This document shows positions 21,201-31,542 of a stretch of DNA of 64,000 nt, piece by piece. The notes under the pieces are model-generated. The model made no database searches. It saw only the letters and a list, made by a program, of their open reading frames with translations, and was not told the origin of the DNA. The stretch is from an uncultured Alphaproteobacteria bacterium. GTDB taxonomy: Bacteria > Pseudomonadota > Alphaproteobacteria > CAAHEQ01 > UBA3637. Both the position numbers and the translations under genes were made by a program. How positions within the stretch are numbered: the stretch's first letter is position 1; each line of letters opens with the position of its first letter. The DNA lies in contig CALXWZ010000001.1 in NCBI GenBank assembly GCA_944392555.1, positions 65,810-129,809 on the forward strand. Direction: 5' to 3'.

Positions 21201-22325
21201 TTATTGTTCGGTCGGAATCGAATCGGGTGCCACCAGTAAAATCAGCTGATTGAGCATTAAAAAACCACTCTCTGTCGGATAAAATAAATTATCGGACACA
21301 TAGCCCCACCCATTTTCGCAGGCCTTTTGAATCCCGCTTTGAGCCAGTTGAGAGCACGGAAACCCGCTGTTTTTTAAGCGGAGTCCCATGATGACGCGTT
21401 CTTGTGCCGTTTCAAGCGGTGTTAATTTCGTTAATGACGGCCCTTTGGCGAGCCAATCGGCAGGTGCGCGCGGATTAACGGTTTCAAATCCGGCGATTCG
21501 TCCTTGGGCGGCGGGGCCCAGTCCCAAGTAATCCGCATAGTGCCAATATGTTAAATTATGGCGACACTCAAACCCAGCACGGGCATAGTTTGAAATTTCA
21601 TAATCGGGAACGTGATGTGTGCGCATCAGTTCATTTGTCAACTCATAAAGCGCAACGGCTGTTTCTTCGGTAGCGGAGAAAATACCTTTTTTCGCAAAAA
21701 CGGTATTTTCTTCAATGGTTAATTGATAAAGAGAGTAGTGTGGCAGATTTAAGGCTAACGCTTCTTTTAATTCTTTTTCCCAATCTGAAAGTGTTTGATT
21801 CGGACGCGCATAAATTAAGTCAATATTCAAATTATCAAACACGTTTTGCGCTTCATGAACGCAGTCAAGCGCGCGGGCAAGTGAATGTCGGCGACCGAGA
21901 AAACGCAAATCCGATTCGTTCAGGGCTTGCACGCCGATAGATAGCCGATTAACGCCCGCTTGTTTAAAATCGCGCATTTTTTCTTGTGTGACGGCATCGG
22001 GATTGGCTTCCAGCGAAATTTCAATATCGGGAGCAAAAGAAAAATTTTTTTGAAGCAACGTCATAAAAGAGTCAAAAAACAAAATCGGCATTAAAGAAGG
22101 CGTGCCACCGCCGAAATAGAGACTTGTTATCAAGGGCGGATGGGGCATCTTTTCTTTAAAAATCAAAATATCGCGCTCATAGCCTTTGAGTAAGGCATCA
22201 TAATCGGGATTTTTGCATACACGGCTTGCAAAATCGCAATACGGACATTTTGAAAGACAATACGGCCAATGAACATAAATACCGCATAACGGACGAAAGA
22301 AAGCCTGCATAACACCCCTTGACAT
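21201..22325 (-). CDS. hemW: Radical SAM heme chaperone HemW
   Basis: CxxxCxxC as CLSKCPYCDF. 374 aa. Confidence 0.85.
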   Translation of the reverse strand: MSRGVMQAFFRPLCGIYVHWPYCLSKCPYCDFASRVCKNPDYDALLKGYERDILIFKEKMPHPPLITSLYFGGGTPSLMPILFFDSFMTLLQKNFSFAPDIEISLEANPDAVTQEKMRDFKQAGVNRLSIGVQALNESDLRFLGRRHSLARALDCVHEAQNVFDNLNIDLIYARPNQTLSDWEKELKEALALNLPHYSLYQLTIEENTVFAKKGIFSATEETAVALYELTNELMRTHHVPDYEISNYARAGFECRHNLTYWHYADYLGLGPAAQGRIAGFETVNPRAPADWLAKGPSLTKLTPLETAQERVIMGLRLKNSGFPCSQLAQSGIQKACENGWGYVSDNLFYPTESGFLMLNQLILLVAPDSIPTEQ

Positions 22326-22397
22326 TTCATTTAAAACACGCTAGGATAAAAAACCTAGGTTCAATTTAGTATTTATATAACAGGAAAGAAAAAGAAA

Positions 22398-22946
22398 ATG
22401 CAAATATTAATTTCCGGACAACAAATCAATTTAGGTGATAACTTCCGTGTCTATGCCGAGGGGGCATTAGATGCGGCAGTATCCAAGTATTTTGATGAAG
22501 CCGTCAGCGCTGATGTGAAGGTCACGAAAGATGGCTCCGATATTAAAACGGAAGTAACGGTTCACCCGAAAACGGGCGCGCTCATTCGTTCATCGGCCAC
22601 ATCGGCAGATGCGTATGCGTCGTTAGACGGAGCCGTTTCGCGGATTGCGCGTCAATTACGCAAGTATAAGAACAAGATTGTGGATCACAAAGCACCGGTT
22701 GTGGAAATGGTGGATATGTCGGTTATTGAAACGCCGGCGGAAGTGGAAGAGGTGGCAGATGCCCCGATTATCATTGCCGAAATGCAAACGCAATTACCGG
22801 TATGCACAGTCAGTGAAGCCGTGATGAAGATGGATTTGGAAGGCTTGCCGGCATTGATGTTTAAGAATACGGCACACGGCGGATTAAATATGGTCTATCG
22901 CCGTGCGGACGGACATATCGGCTGGGTAGATCCGAAAAACAAATAG
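22398..22946 (+). CDS. hpf: Ribosome hibernation promoting factor (long form)
   Basis: N-terminal YfiA/HPF fold sequence. Followed by ptsN. Confidence 0.8.
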   Translation: MQILISGQQINLGDNFRVYAEGALDAAVSKYFDEAVSADVKVTKDGSDIKTEVTVHPKTGALIRSSATSADAYASLDGAVSRIARQLRKYKNKIVDHKAPVVEMVDMSVIETPAEVEEVADAPIIIAEMQTQLPVCTVSEAVMKMDLEGLPALMFKNTAHGGLNMVYRRADGHIGWVDPKNK

Positions 22947-22954
22947 GTCGTTAT

Positions 22955-23413
22955 ATGAAAATTTGTGATATATTGGCAAAGGAGTCAATCGTTCCTGATG
23001 TGACGGCTGACAGCAAGAAGCAAGTTTTAGAAAAACTGGCGGAGATTGCTGCACCGAAGACGGGGATTGACAGAAATGTGATATTAGATGCACTGACGGA
23101 GCGTGAACGGTTAGGCACAACGGGTGTCGGCCATGGTGTAGCCTTACCGCATACGCGCCTTATCGGAATGGATAAGATTTTCTGTGCATTTATTAAAGTG
23201 AGTCCGGTTGATTTTGAGGCCGTTGACGGGAAATTAGTTGATTTAGTATTCCTGTTGCTCGTGCCGGAAGATGCGGGTGCCGATCATTTGAAAGCATTAT
23301 CGCGGTTATCGCGTTTATTGCGGGATGAAGAAATCGCCACACGTTTACGCAAAGCAACAACGGTGGATGAATTATATCAAATTATCACGTCTAACGATCA
23401 AGACGACGAATAA
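22955..23413 (+). CDS. ptsN: PTS IIA-Ntr
   Basis: 152 aa. GVALPH phosphorylation site motif. Confidence 0.8.
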   Translation: MKICDILAKESIVPDVTADSKKQVLEKLAEIAAPKTGIDRNVILDALTERERLGTTGVGHGVALPHTRLIGMDKIFCAFIKVSPVDFEAVDGKLVDLVFLLLVPEDAGADHLKALSRLSRLLRDEEIATRLRKATTVDELYQIITSNDQDDE

Positions 23414-23490
23414 TTTCGTATAAAAAGCCTCTTTGATTCAATGAATCGGGGAGGCTTTTTGTATTTATAAGACAGTCTAAACGGGAGACA

Positions 23491-23943
23491 ATGCTGAAAC
23501 GAATTGAATTATACACGGATGGCGCCTGTTCGGGAAATCCCGGGCCGGGCGGTTGGGGTTATCTGTTGCGCTATAAAGAAGCCGTTAAAGAAAACTACGG
23601 TGGCAGTGCGCAAACAACGAATAATCAAATGGAATTAACGGCCGTTATAGAGGGATTAAAGGCTGTTAAAGAGCCGTGTCAAATTGATTTATATACCGAT
23701 AGCAAATATGTATTGGAGGGGTGCGAAAAGTGGCTTTCGGGCTGGAAAAAGAATCATTGGAAAAAGGCGGATAAAAAGCCCGTTTTAAATCAAGCGTTAT
23801 GGCAGGAGCTGGATAGTCAATTGAGCCGACATCAAATTACATGGCATTGGGTGAAAGGTCATGCAGGGCATCCCGAAAATGAGCGCGTAGATTCATTGGC
23901 GTGTATGGGGCGGGATTTATTCAATCCGCAAAAAGATAAATAG
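23491..23943 (+). CDS. rnhA: Ribonuclease HI
   Basis: [19 protein letters not shown] ... NQMELTA ... [15 protein letters not shown]. Confidence 0.9.
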   Translation: MLKRIELYTDGACSGNPGPGGWGYLLRYKEAVKENYGGSAQTTNNQMELTAVIEGLKAVKEPCQIDLYTDSKYVLEGCEKWLSGWKKNHWKKADKKPVLNQALWQELDSQLSRHQITWHWVKGHAGHPENERVDSLACMGRDLFNPQKDK

Positions 23944-24433
23944 GAAGTTGGATTAGCGGGAAGTAGTAGCTATTTCTAAAATTGATAAACGACTCGTATG
24001 AATTTCGTTCGCATTGTCGGTTAAAACGGGGCATAAGGGGCGTTGTCGAGTGAAAAAAACGAAATTTTGCAAAAAAATGTATTATCTTGTTTATTTCTTA
24101 TAACACACTGATTTTTATTTAAAAAATGTGAATAAAACGAATCTTTTGTCGCATTTTTTTCAAAAAAAGGCGCATGAAGTTCTTTTTTTTGCCAAAAAGA
24201 AGCGAATCGGGCAAAATTAAATTTTTTTAATGTATTCAATTTGTTATATTAAAAATTATATAAAAATAGGCAGTTTGTAAAGGGTATGAAATTAACTTTT
24301 TTGAAGAGGAAAATTTACCAATTTTTAAATTATTTTGTATAGTAATTTGATTTATAAGGATAAAAAAATAATTGACGTCTGCGTATAAATATGATATTCT
24401 GAGCGCTAGATAAACTTTAATACGGAGGCAACA

Positions 24434-25918
24434 GTGAGTGCGCAAGAGTCTTTAAGTATTATCTTAAACCAACCGGGTTTCCCGCGAGCGAGGCCATTAT
24501 CAAGTGATTCAAAAGCGGGGATAACGGAAGAACGAGCGACGGAGCTGATTAACTATCAGCGGAATCTTGAGGAATTGCGAAACACGCTGAGTCAAGTAGA
24601 TTCACTGTTAGCCGAGCCACCGACGCCGGAGATAGCGGCAAAATGTGCCTCATTACTGGGATATGTAGCAGCGATAGATTTACCGCAAGAAGTCAAGAAT
24701 CAGGAAGCGGGACGATATCCGCCACAAGTGCAAGAGCAAGTGCATAGAGCGTTGGAAACGCAAGGGACGAGCACAACACGTTCAGCGGAAGCGGCGACAT
24801 ACGGGACGGCGATAATGCAACGAGTAGCGGAGGAAGCGCAAGTTCGGATACAATTAGAAGCGAAAGCGGCGTATGAGGAGAGTCGCAAGGTATACGAGCA
24901 ACAGATGCAAGCGATTGAGAATGAAATTGGTAGACTTGATGCAGAATTTTTGTCTTCCCCTTATTCCCCTGAAAGAGCAGCAGAGTACTTGCATCGCAAA
25001 CAGGTATGGCTTGATGAAAGAAGGAAACATGCTGATAAATATTGCTCAGATACTGTTTCAAATTATCCTAGTCTGTCACCGGAAGACAAGGCTAAGGTTA
25101 GAGAGGATTTGAAAGAACAAGAGAGACAAATAGAAAAGCATATAAAAGAAAAAGAAGATTATTTGAGATATTTGAATGAGCTAATGGCAAGGACGACGGA
25201 TCCTGAAGAATGTCGAAAAATTCAGTTAGCTATAAATACAACTCACGCAGATATGCAAGGATTACAAGAGATTATAGGCGGCTTTCAACGAACGCAAGCC
25301 AGGTTGGATCTGATAGACAAGCTGGTTAATGTTGGTCAACAAGAGGCGATGGATGACATTAAGAATAACATTAATGATGATAGTAGAATAATGCCAGATA
25401 AAGGCATTTCTGAAAAAGGAGTAAGAAATCCATCTCAACAACGTACACCTTTAGCGAAACAAGAGAATGATGAGAATGTTAATAGGGCGGTGTGCTCCCA
25501 ATATGCGAGTGAACATGTGAGTGGAGGTGATAGTGAAGAAATAAAGAGTGAGGATTCTGTTGAAATGGCTAAAACTTCTACGCATGTAAGCAATGGATTT
25601 GATGTATTAAATTTCTTTGATTCTAGAGAGCAAAGTAGTGTAGGAGGGTTGAGAGAAGAAGATCATTCTCAAAGCGTGCTAATGACAAGTCATAACGCTG
25701 AAGAAAGCAGTGTAATAGAACCCATACTTCAGCGTTCACCTATTATCCCCCAAGTGGATGAAGTTGTGGAAGGCACACCAGAAAAAAATGGAGTTGATAG
25801 TAATACAAGTGGTACCTTGAAGAATACGCTGGCTGGGAACTCTGTTTCAAATGATGATGATCAAGGAAAATTAATAATGCAGTATGTATTGCAAGAAAAA
25901 TCTATGTTGAATGGATAA
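24434..25918 (+). CDS. Hypothetical coiled-coil protein without a signal peptide (candidate secreted effector)
   Basis: GTG start with a GGAGG ribosome-binding site. 494 aa, long heptad-like E/Q/R-rich helices. The 3' half is AT-rich. Confidence 0.5.
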   Translation: MSAQESLSIILNQPGFPRARPLSSDSKAGITEERATELINYQRNLEELRNTLSQVDSLLAEPPTPEIAAKCASLLGYVAAIDLPQEVKNQEAGRYPPQVQEQVHRALETQGTSTTRSAEAATYGTAIMQRVAEEAQVRIQLEAKAAYEESRKVYEQQMQAIENEIGRLDAEFLSSPYSPERAAEYLHRKQVWLDERRKHADKYCSDTVSNYPSLSPEDKAKVREDLKEQERQIEKHIKEKEDYLRYLNELMARTTDPEECRKIQLAINTTHADMQGLQEIIGGFQRTQARLDLIDKLVNVGQQEAMDDIKNNINDDSRIMPDKGISEKGVRNPSQQRTPLAKQENDENVNRAVCSQYASEHVSGGDSEEIKSEDSVEMAKTSTHVSNGFDVLNFFDSREQSSVGGLREEDHSQSVLMTSHNAEESSVIEPILQRSPIIPQVDEVVEGTPEKNGVDSNTSGTLKNTLAGNSVSNDDDQGKLIMQYVLQEKSMLNG

Positions 25919-25949
25919 ATAAATTCAAGTTCAAAAGGAGAAAATAAAA

Positions 25950-27086
25950 ATGGCAAATAGAAAGAGTGCGGATGTTTCAAAAGTGTTGATGCCCGATGAG
26001 GTTAGTAAAATTTTTCACCGCACAGATGTCCTGTATAACTCACTGGTGAATGTGGAACGGAAAGCATGTGCGAGTACATTATATAATATGATTTCTGATT
26101 ATTATAAAGATTTTAAAGAATTATATGAACATGGATATCGAGATAGTATTTTTGGTATGCGCGATGAGAAGAAGGCACAAAAAGCACTTAATGATATGAA
26201 AAAAATGGATAAAAGTTTTGTTGAGAAGCTTTGTGCAACAGAGGAGGGATATTGTGTTCTCGCTGAGATAGAGCGATTTGGTGTGAAAGTTGATTGGAAT
26301 AGTGTGCCATTGACAGCAATTACAACAAAAAAGTGTATCAATTTTTTGGCAAAAAAAGGATATGATTTTGATGCAATGCGTTCTGTTAACGGTGTTGAAA
26401 TAGATTTTACGGGATATAATTTAGCCAATCTTTATATGGCGGAAAAAAACACGATAAAATCATATGATGACTTACTGGCTCAGAAAAAGGAATATGATAA
26501 ATATGAGGATAGTCTAAGAAAATATGCTATGGAATACAAGTCTCCAAAAACATCCCCTGAACGCAAAGAAGAAATTATGGGATATTTCAACTCCATTGTT
26601 CCGGAATTTAATAAAAAACAAAAAGAAATGCGAACAGGCTGTGATCGGGTTATGCGCCAAATGATCGGTTACTACGTTCATGCTGGATGCTTAGAAGCTG
26701 TTGCTGTGGACCATCAATATGTATCTCCTGAAAACATTAAGCGTATAGACCCGAAAAACTTATCATTGGGGATAGAGTATATGAATGGTCGATTGAATGC
26801 AGTTAAGCAAATCAGAGAAAAATTTAGTGCGACAGAACGGACGAGTACGAATGTTTCTTCTGATGATGGTTTAGCATTAATTGGTAGTTTGATACAGGGG
26901 AATGGTGTTTCAAGTTTATTAGCCAGTGCGGAAAGCCATGAGGCTGTCTACGCGAAAGAAGCAGAATCCGAGAAGTCGGGTATGAGCATGACGGAGCGAT
27001 TGGCGCAACAAACCCAAGGCTCAACGCTTGAAAGTGCCGAAAATGCAATGGCGTTTGTCGGTAAAGATTCACAAACAAATGCTTAA
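25950..27086 (+). CDS. Hypothetical protein, paralogue A (candidate effector)
   Basis: 378 aa. Paralogous to the 27287-28408 product. Shares its last ~56 aa nearly identically. Confidence 0.6.
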   Translation: MANRKSADVSKVLMPDEVSKIFHRTDVLYNSLVNVERKACASTLYNMISDYYKDFKELYEHGYRDSIFGMRDEKKAQKALNDMKKMDKSFVEKLCATEEGYCVLAEIERFGVKVDWNSVPLTAITTKKCINFLAKKGYDFDAMRSVNGVEIDFTGYNLANLYMAEKNTIKSYDDLLAQKKEYDKYEDSLRKYAMEYKSPKTSPERKEEIMGYFNSIVPEFNKKQKEMRTGCDRVMRQMIGYYVHAGCLEAVAVDHQYVSPENIKRIDPKNLSLGIEYMNGRLNAVKQIREKFSATERTSTNVSSDDGLALIGSLIQGNGVSSLLASAESHEAVYAKEAESEKSGMSMTERLAQQTQGSTLESAENAMAFVGKDSQTNA

Positions 27087-27286
27087 TCCGCAAGGATTAA
27101 GCATTTTCTATCTTTAAGAAATGAAAAGCAACATGGGGAGAGATAATTACAAACATTTTTATCCGCTTGAAACAGACTTAGAGAGAATTTAAGCCTGAGT
27201 TCAAGTCTATATATTGCGGGTTTATCGGTTAATCGATCCATGGGATAATTTTAAAAATTTTTAATTAAGTATAGGAGAAAATAAAG

Positions 27287-28408
27287 ATGCCAAAAGTTCG
27301 TGAAGCAATAGATGTTTTAGATGTAAGCCCGGTTTATGGTGTTTCAACCGATATGATGAATTCGTGCGCAGATGAGGTGAAAAGTCCATCTAATGCGACC
27401 AGATTGTTGAATTATATTGGGGCATATTGTGAAAAGTTTAACAAGTGTTACAGGCTTGAATACTTAAAATATATGTATCAAACACCGAATCGTAAGAAAG
27501 AAAACGAGTCCTTGGAAAAAATGAAACAAATGGATAAGGAAGTGATTGAACAGCTTATGTCGGTTGATGAGGGATATAAACCTCTTGCTGTTGCTGAAAA
27601 AAACGGGGCGAAAATCGATTGGAATAAAGTTCCGTTGACAGCCATTCTTTCACCGGGCTATATCGACTTTTTGGTAAAAAAAGGTTATGATTTTGATGCA
27701 AAGCGCACTGTGAATGGTGTGAAGACAGATTTTACATCATTTAATCTGACGTTGATGAGTGTGTTTGAAAATCAGACTTATGAAAGATATGAGGACGTTG
27801 TTAAAGCAATTGAAGAGCATAATAGGATAGTTAGAAGTGGAAAGCCTTTGCTTCAAGAATATCGCTCGCCTGAAACAACCGAGAAAAGAAAACAAGAGAT
27901 TTTGAAAGAAATGGATAAGTCGCAAAAAGCATTTGATGCTGTTTTGCAATCAATGCCGGCAAAATGTGATGCGGTCAACGAGTCAATGAATAGATATTAT
28001 ATCCATGCGGCTTTATTGGAGCATGCTATTATCACAAATCAATATGTATCGCCCGAGAATATCAAAAAGGTCAATCCGGATAAACTTTTAGAAAGTATCG
28101 GAGGGATGAATTACCGTCGAGAGAAAATGGAAAAGATAAACAAGGCGTTTAATTCAAAGCGAACGAGTAAAACAGACGAAAAAGAACAAGGATCGTTGAT
28201 GACGGCAAGTGTTTATGGTTCAGAGGGTGTATTCGGAACATTAGCCAGTGCGGAAAGTCATGAGGCTGTTTACGCAAAAGAAGCAGAAGCCGAGAAGTCG
28301 GGTATGAGTATGACGGAGCGATTGGCGCAACAAACCCAAGGCTCAACGCTTGAAAGTGCTGAAAATGCAATGGCCTTTGTCGGTAAAGATTCGCAAACAA
28401 ATGCTTAA
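27287..28408 (+). CDS. Hypothetical protein, paralogue B (candidate effector)
   Basis: 373 aa. Conserved blocks KVDWNSVPLTAI, KKGYDFDA, QYVSPENIK, and the identical C-terminal tail. Confidence 0.6.
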   Translation: MPKVREAIDVLDVSPVYGVSTDMMNSCADEVKSPSNATRLLNYIGAYCEKFNKCYRLEYLKYMYQTPNRKKENESLEKMKQMDKEVIEQLMSVDEGYKPLAVAEKNGAKIDWNKVPLTAILSPGYIDFLVKKGYDFDAKRTVNGVKTDFTSFNLTLMSVFENQTYERYEDVVKAIEEHNRIVRSGKPLLQEYRSPETTEKRKQEILKEMDKSQKAFDAVLQSMPAKCDAVNESMNRYYIHAALLEHAIITNQYVSPENIKKVNPDKLLESIGGMNYRREKMEKINKAFNSKRTSKTDEKEQGSLMTASVYGSEGVFGTLASAESHEAVYAKEAEAEKSGMSMTERLAQQTQGSTLESAENAMAFVGKDSQTNA

Positions 28409-28933
28409 TCCCACCTTTTAATGATAATCCCTTTGGTGACACGACTTGCCAAAGGGATTTTTTTAATAATGTTTCCTTTTTTACGCATTTTTCTTTTTGC
28501 CTCCATTTTGACGACCTGTTTTGATAACTTTAAATAACTTTTGGATATTTTTTTTCTAAAAAATCAGCTTAAATTCTGAAAATATAAGTAATTATGAGTG
28601 CTTCTTTTTGCTCGGTTAGTGTCCGTTTTATAAAATAAGAAAAATTTATCAGAAAAATCATATAAATAGGTGGCCAAACTATTAATGCTTCCGATTCGTG
28701 AATTTTTTTATTTCTTTTTGTTTAAAATATTAACAAATAGTATACTCTGCGGGGGTATATTAGCTTTTTTGAAATTGAAGTGATTGCTAAAATAATGATA
28801 GATGACTTTTTTTGATAAAATAAGTGAAAAATAAGTGTTTTTTTTGAAAAAAATAATAAAAAGGCATTGCAAAACAAAATAAACTGCTTTATATTGAAAC
28901 CTGGGTTTCGTGAATTCTATAAGGAGTCTATAA

Positions 28934-29206
28934 ATGAAAAATCAAATTAATGAAGATAATATTCGGGTTGCCGCTTATTATATTTGGGAGCAAGCGGGTC
29001 GTCCGGAAGGTCAAGAAAAGGAATGTTGGATAAAGGCTTGCGAACAATTGTTTGCTGCCGGAGCCGAAAATAATTCAAAATGTTGCAAAAGCAGCTGTAA
29101 ATCAAATACGGCTACCAAGTCAACAAAAGCGAAAAGTGCAAATGCTACTTCCTCCAAAACAGCAAAAGCATCTTCGGCTCAAAAAACAAAAAAATCTTTG
29201 GCATAA
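28934..29206 (+). CDS. DUF2934-family small protein
   Basis: RVAAYYIWEQAGRPEGQEKECWIKAC matches the DUF2934 signature (AYxxWExxGRPxG..W). Ala/Lys/Ser-rich tail. Confidence 0.55.
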   Translation: MKNQINEDNIRVAAYYIWEQAGRPEGQEKECWIKACEQLFAAGAENNSKCCKSSCKSNTATKSTKAKSANATSSKTAKASSAQKTKKSLA

Positions 29207-29234
29207 TCCAAAGGGGGAGGCGTTCTTTGAACGT

Positions 29235-29263
29235 AAAGCGGGGCTTTAGCTCCGCTTTTTTTT
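29235..29263 (+). terminator. Rho-independent terminator
   Basis: AAGCGGGGCTTTAGCTCCGCTT followed by T8. Confidence 0.6.
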
Positions 29264-29288
29264 GACAAAACTGCATTTATAAAAATTA

Positions 29289-29317
29289 TTGACATATATT
29301 TATTTATCAGTTATACT
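29289..29317 (+). promoter_or_regulatory. Sigma70-like promoter TTGACA-17-TATACT
   Basis: Consensus -35 with a good -10, about 35 nt upstream of the 29353 start. Confidence 0.5.
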
Positions 29318-29352
29318 CAATTATATTTTTAGATAAAAAGGAGTAGGCTGAT

Positions 29353-30750
29353 ATGATATACCCACCATGTAGTAGTGTATTTTATGAATTGAATCAATCT
29401 GTTGATAAAATTGACGCCAAAAAGAAAGAACAAATTAATCCAAGATTAACGGATGAAGAAATTCAAGCAATTTATGATTCTTTTGAAATATGCGAACCCG
29501 ATTATATGATTGAGTGCCAAACATCTTTCAAAGAAGAAAAACGGAAACAAATGCGTTTTGCGGAGGTGATTCAAAAAGCATTGGTGTATGCTAATCGGTT
29601 GCCGACAGCAAGGTTGTGGTTACGTCGTATCCCGCGGGGTATACAAGTAGGCATTTTAAAAGATGACGAAGGATTAGGGGGACGATCTGCGGGTAATAAA
29701 ATTGATATTAGTAAAGAAAAACTGAGCGAAACAATAGAAATGATTGCTCTTACCATGAGTCATGAACTGGCTCATACCATTGATCGGCATGAGTTTGCAG
29801 GATTATCCGTTTTTCCATATCAGCCTGTAAATGAAGGAGATGTTTTTCCGGCACTATGGGATTCTTCTTTAACGCAACAAGAGTTGATGCAATTTGTTCT
29901 CATTGACGAAGCCGAGAAAGCCGCACTAACGAAACAGTTGGCTTTTGAGGCAGGGTTGTATGAGTATTCCAGTACGCATACGGCACACATGAAACAGCAA
30001 TATCCGAAATTTGAAAAACTGTTTTCAACTTGGCAACCCGTATCGGCGCCCGAACAGTGGACGGATCAGGAAATTGAAAGAGAGCGTTTAACACGGGCAT
30101 TCTTCTATGCTTCTGTGGCGTCGATGAGCACAAGTATGAAAGAATTTTTAAGACCATACGGAAGTCTTGTTAAGCAAATGCCGGAACCTGTCAGAAAACA
30201 GCTAAGCAAAGAGAATATAAGCCGTTCACTTAATATGCGAAAAATTCGTTCCATGCATTTACCGCTCAATGTTCTTGCAAAAACATTTGAAACAATGGAT
30301 AAGGCTTTTGTGAATGTGATGTATCGCAGTTTTGCGTGTAATTTTTTGTGCAGACAGCTTTTACACAAGTATTGTGAACAAAATAATTTCCCTGTTGAGG
30401 AAGTTTTAAGTGATGATCGGTTTTTTGAGAAAAATTTTCTAACCTATTTAGGTGTGAAACAAGCGGAAGAGTCTAACGAACCCTCTCAATTTTTTGAGGA
30501 ATACATCAAGCGGGTGGAATTCCGATATATGGGATTAATCGGCCGAAAAGATTTATTACCCAAAAACAGCAGGATAAATTCGTATGTTTATCAAGATAGG
30601 GAAACACCGAGAAAGTCTTTATTAGATATCAAACAAACACATCAAAAAATTGCCAGAATCAAAAAAGTGATTGAGCGAAACACAAATAAAATCGGGACAT
30701 ATTTTGCTCAGCGCGTTGAGCAAGAAATGCAACAACGGAGCAAAGTGTAA
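29353..30750 (+). CDS. Putative zinc metalloprotease-like protein (HExxH), no signal peptide
   Basis: 465 aa. MSHELAHTIDRHE contains HExxH. Confidence 0.5.
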   Translation: MIYPPCSSVFYELNQSVDKIDAKKKEQINPRLTDEEIQAIYDSFEICEPDYMIECQTSFKEEKRKQMRFAEVIQKALVYANRLPTARLWLRRIPRGIQVGILKDDEGLGGRSAGNKIDISKEKLSETIEMIALTMSHELAHTIDRHEFAGLSVFPYQPVNEGDVFPALWDSSLTQQELMQFVLIDEAEKAALTKQLAFEAGLYEYSSTHTAHMKQQYPKFEKLFSTWQPVSAPEQWTDQEIERERLTRAFFYASVASMSTSMKEFLRPYGSLVKQMPEPVRKQLSKENISRSLNMRKIRSMHLPLNVLAKTFETMDKAFVNVMYRSFACNFLCRQLLHKYCEQNNFPVEEVLSDDRFFEKNFLTYLGVKQAEESNEPSQFFEEYIKRVEFRYMGLIGRKDLLPKNSRINSYVYQDRETPRKSLLDIKQTHQKIARIKKVIERNTNKIGTYFAQRVEQEMQQRSKV

Positions 30751-30912
30751 TAAGATTGAGGCTTTTCGTTTATCGGGAAAAAACAACGGGCAGAAAAAAA
30801 CTCCTTTGGGGCGACAAAAAGGTGTATATCGGGCAAAAGTTATCTTTTTCGTTGATTTTTTGAATAACGTGTTGTATAACAGCAAACATATTATTTGAAA
30901 GGAGCCGAATTG

Positions 30913-31524
30913 ATGGCTGAAATTACGTTGTATCGCGGTGATTTGCCCGCGGACGTTTCGTTTGGATCGTCCGTTGCCGTTGATACGGAAACAATGGGGC
31001 TTAATTTGCACCGCGATAGATTATGTTTGGTGCAATTATCGGCCGGTGACGGGAAAGCCGTTTTAGTGCAAATTGTAAAGGGTGTGGATTGCCCGAATTT
31101 AAAACGGTTGTTAACAGATGAAAACGTTTTAAAGATTTTTCATTTTGCGCGGTTTGACGTTGCAAAAATTTTAAATGATTTAGGGGTGATAACGGCCCCG
31201 ATTTATTGCACGAAAATTGCATCAAAGTTGTGTCGCACATCTTCTCCGTCGCACAGTTTAAAGTCTCTTTGTGCGGATTTATTAGGCGTTGAGTTAGAGA
31301 AAGAACAACAAACCTCTGACTGGGGCGCAGAGGTATTGAACGAAGCGCAACAAAAATATGCGGCAAATGATGTATTATATTTGCATGCTTTGAAAAATAT
31401 ATTGGATGGTTTATTGGTTCGAGAAAATCGCTCCGAGATTGCGCAGGCGTGTTTCGCTTTTATGCCGACGCGTGCAAAATTGGATTTGCTGGATTTTGCG
31501 GAGCCGGATATTTTTAAGCATTAA
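30913..31524 (+). CDS. 3'-5' exonuclease (RNase D-like small / DEDD family)
   Basis: VDTETMGLNLHRDRLCLVQLS is the Exo I motif. Start MAEITLY, with GGAG 8 nt upstream. Confidence 0.75.
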   Translation: MAEITLYRGDLPADVSFGSSVAVDTETMGLNLHRDRLCLVQLSAGDGKAVLVQIVKGVDCPNLKRLLTDENVLKIFHFARFDVAKILNDLGVITAPIYCTKIASKLCRTSSPSHSLKSLCADLLGVELEKEQQTSDWGAEVLNEAQQKYAANDVLYLHALKNILDGLLVRENRSEIAQACFAFMPTRAKLDLLDFAEPDIFKH

Positions 31525-31542
31525 TAAAACAAGGAGTAAATA

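Noticed and set aside
22398-23413. hpf-ptsN without an upstream rpoN as evidence of a missing sigma-54
   Set aside because: rpoN may simply lie outside this window. Absence cannot be inferred from 64 kb.
23944-24433. 490-bp AT-rich intergenic region with small ORFs 24021-24239 and 24236-24445
   Set aside because: The sequence is extremely AT-rich and low-complexity (F/K/N-rich peptides), with no ribosome-binding sites. It is more likely promoter or spacer DNA of the acquired effector block.
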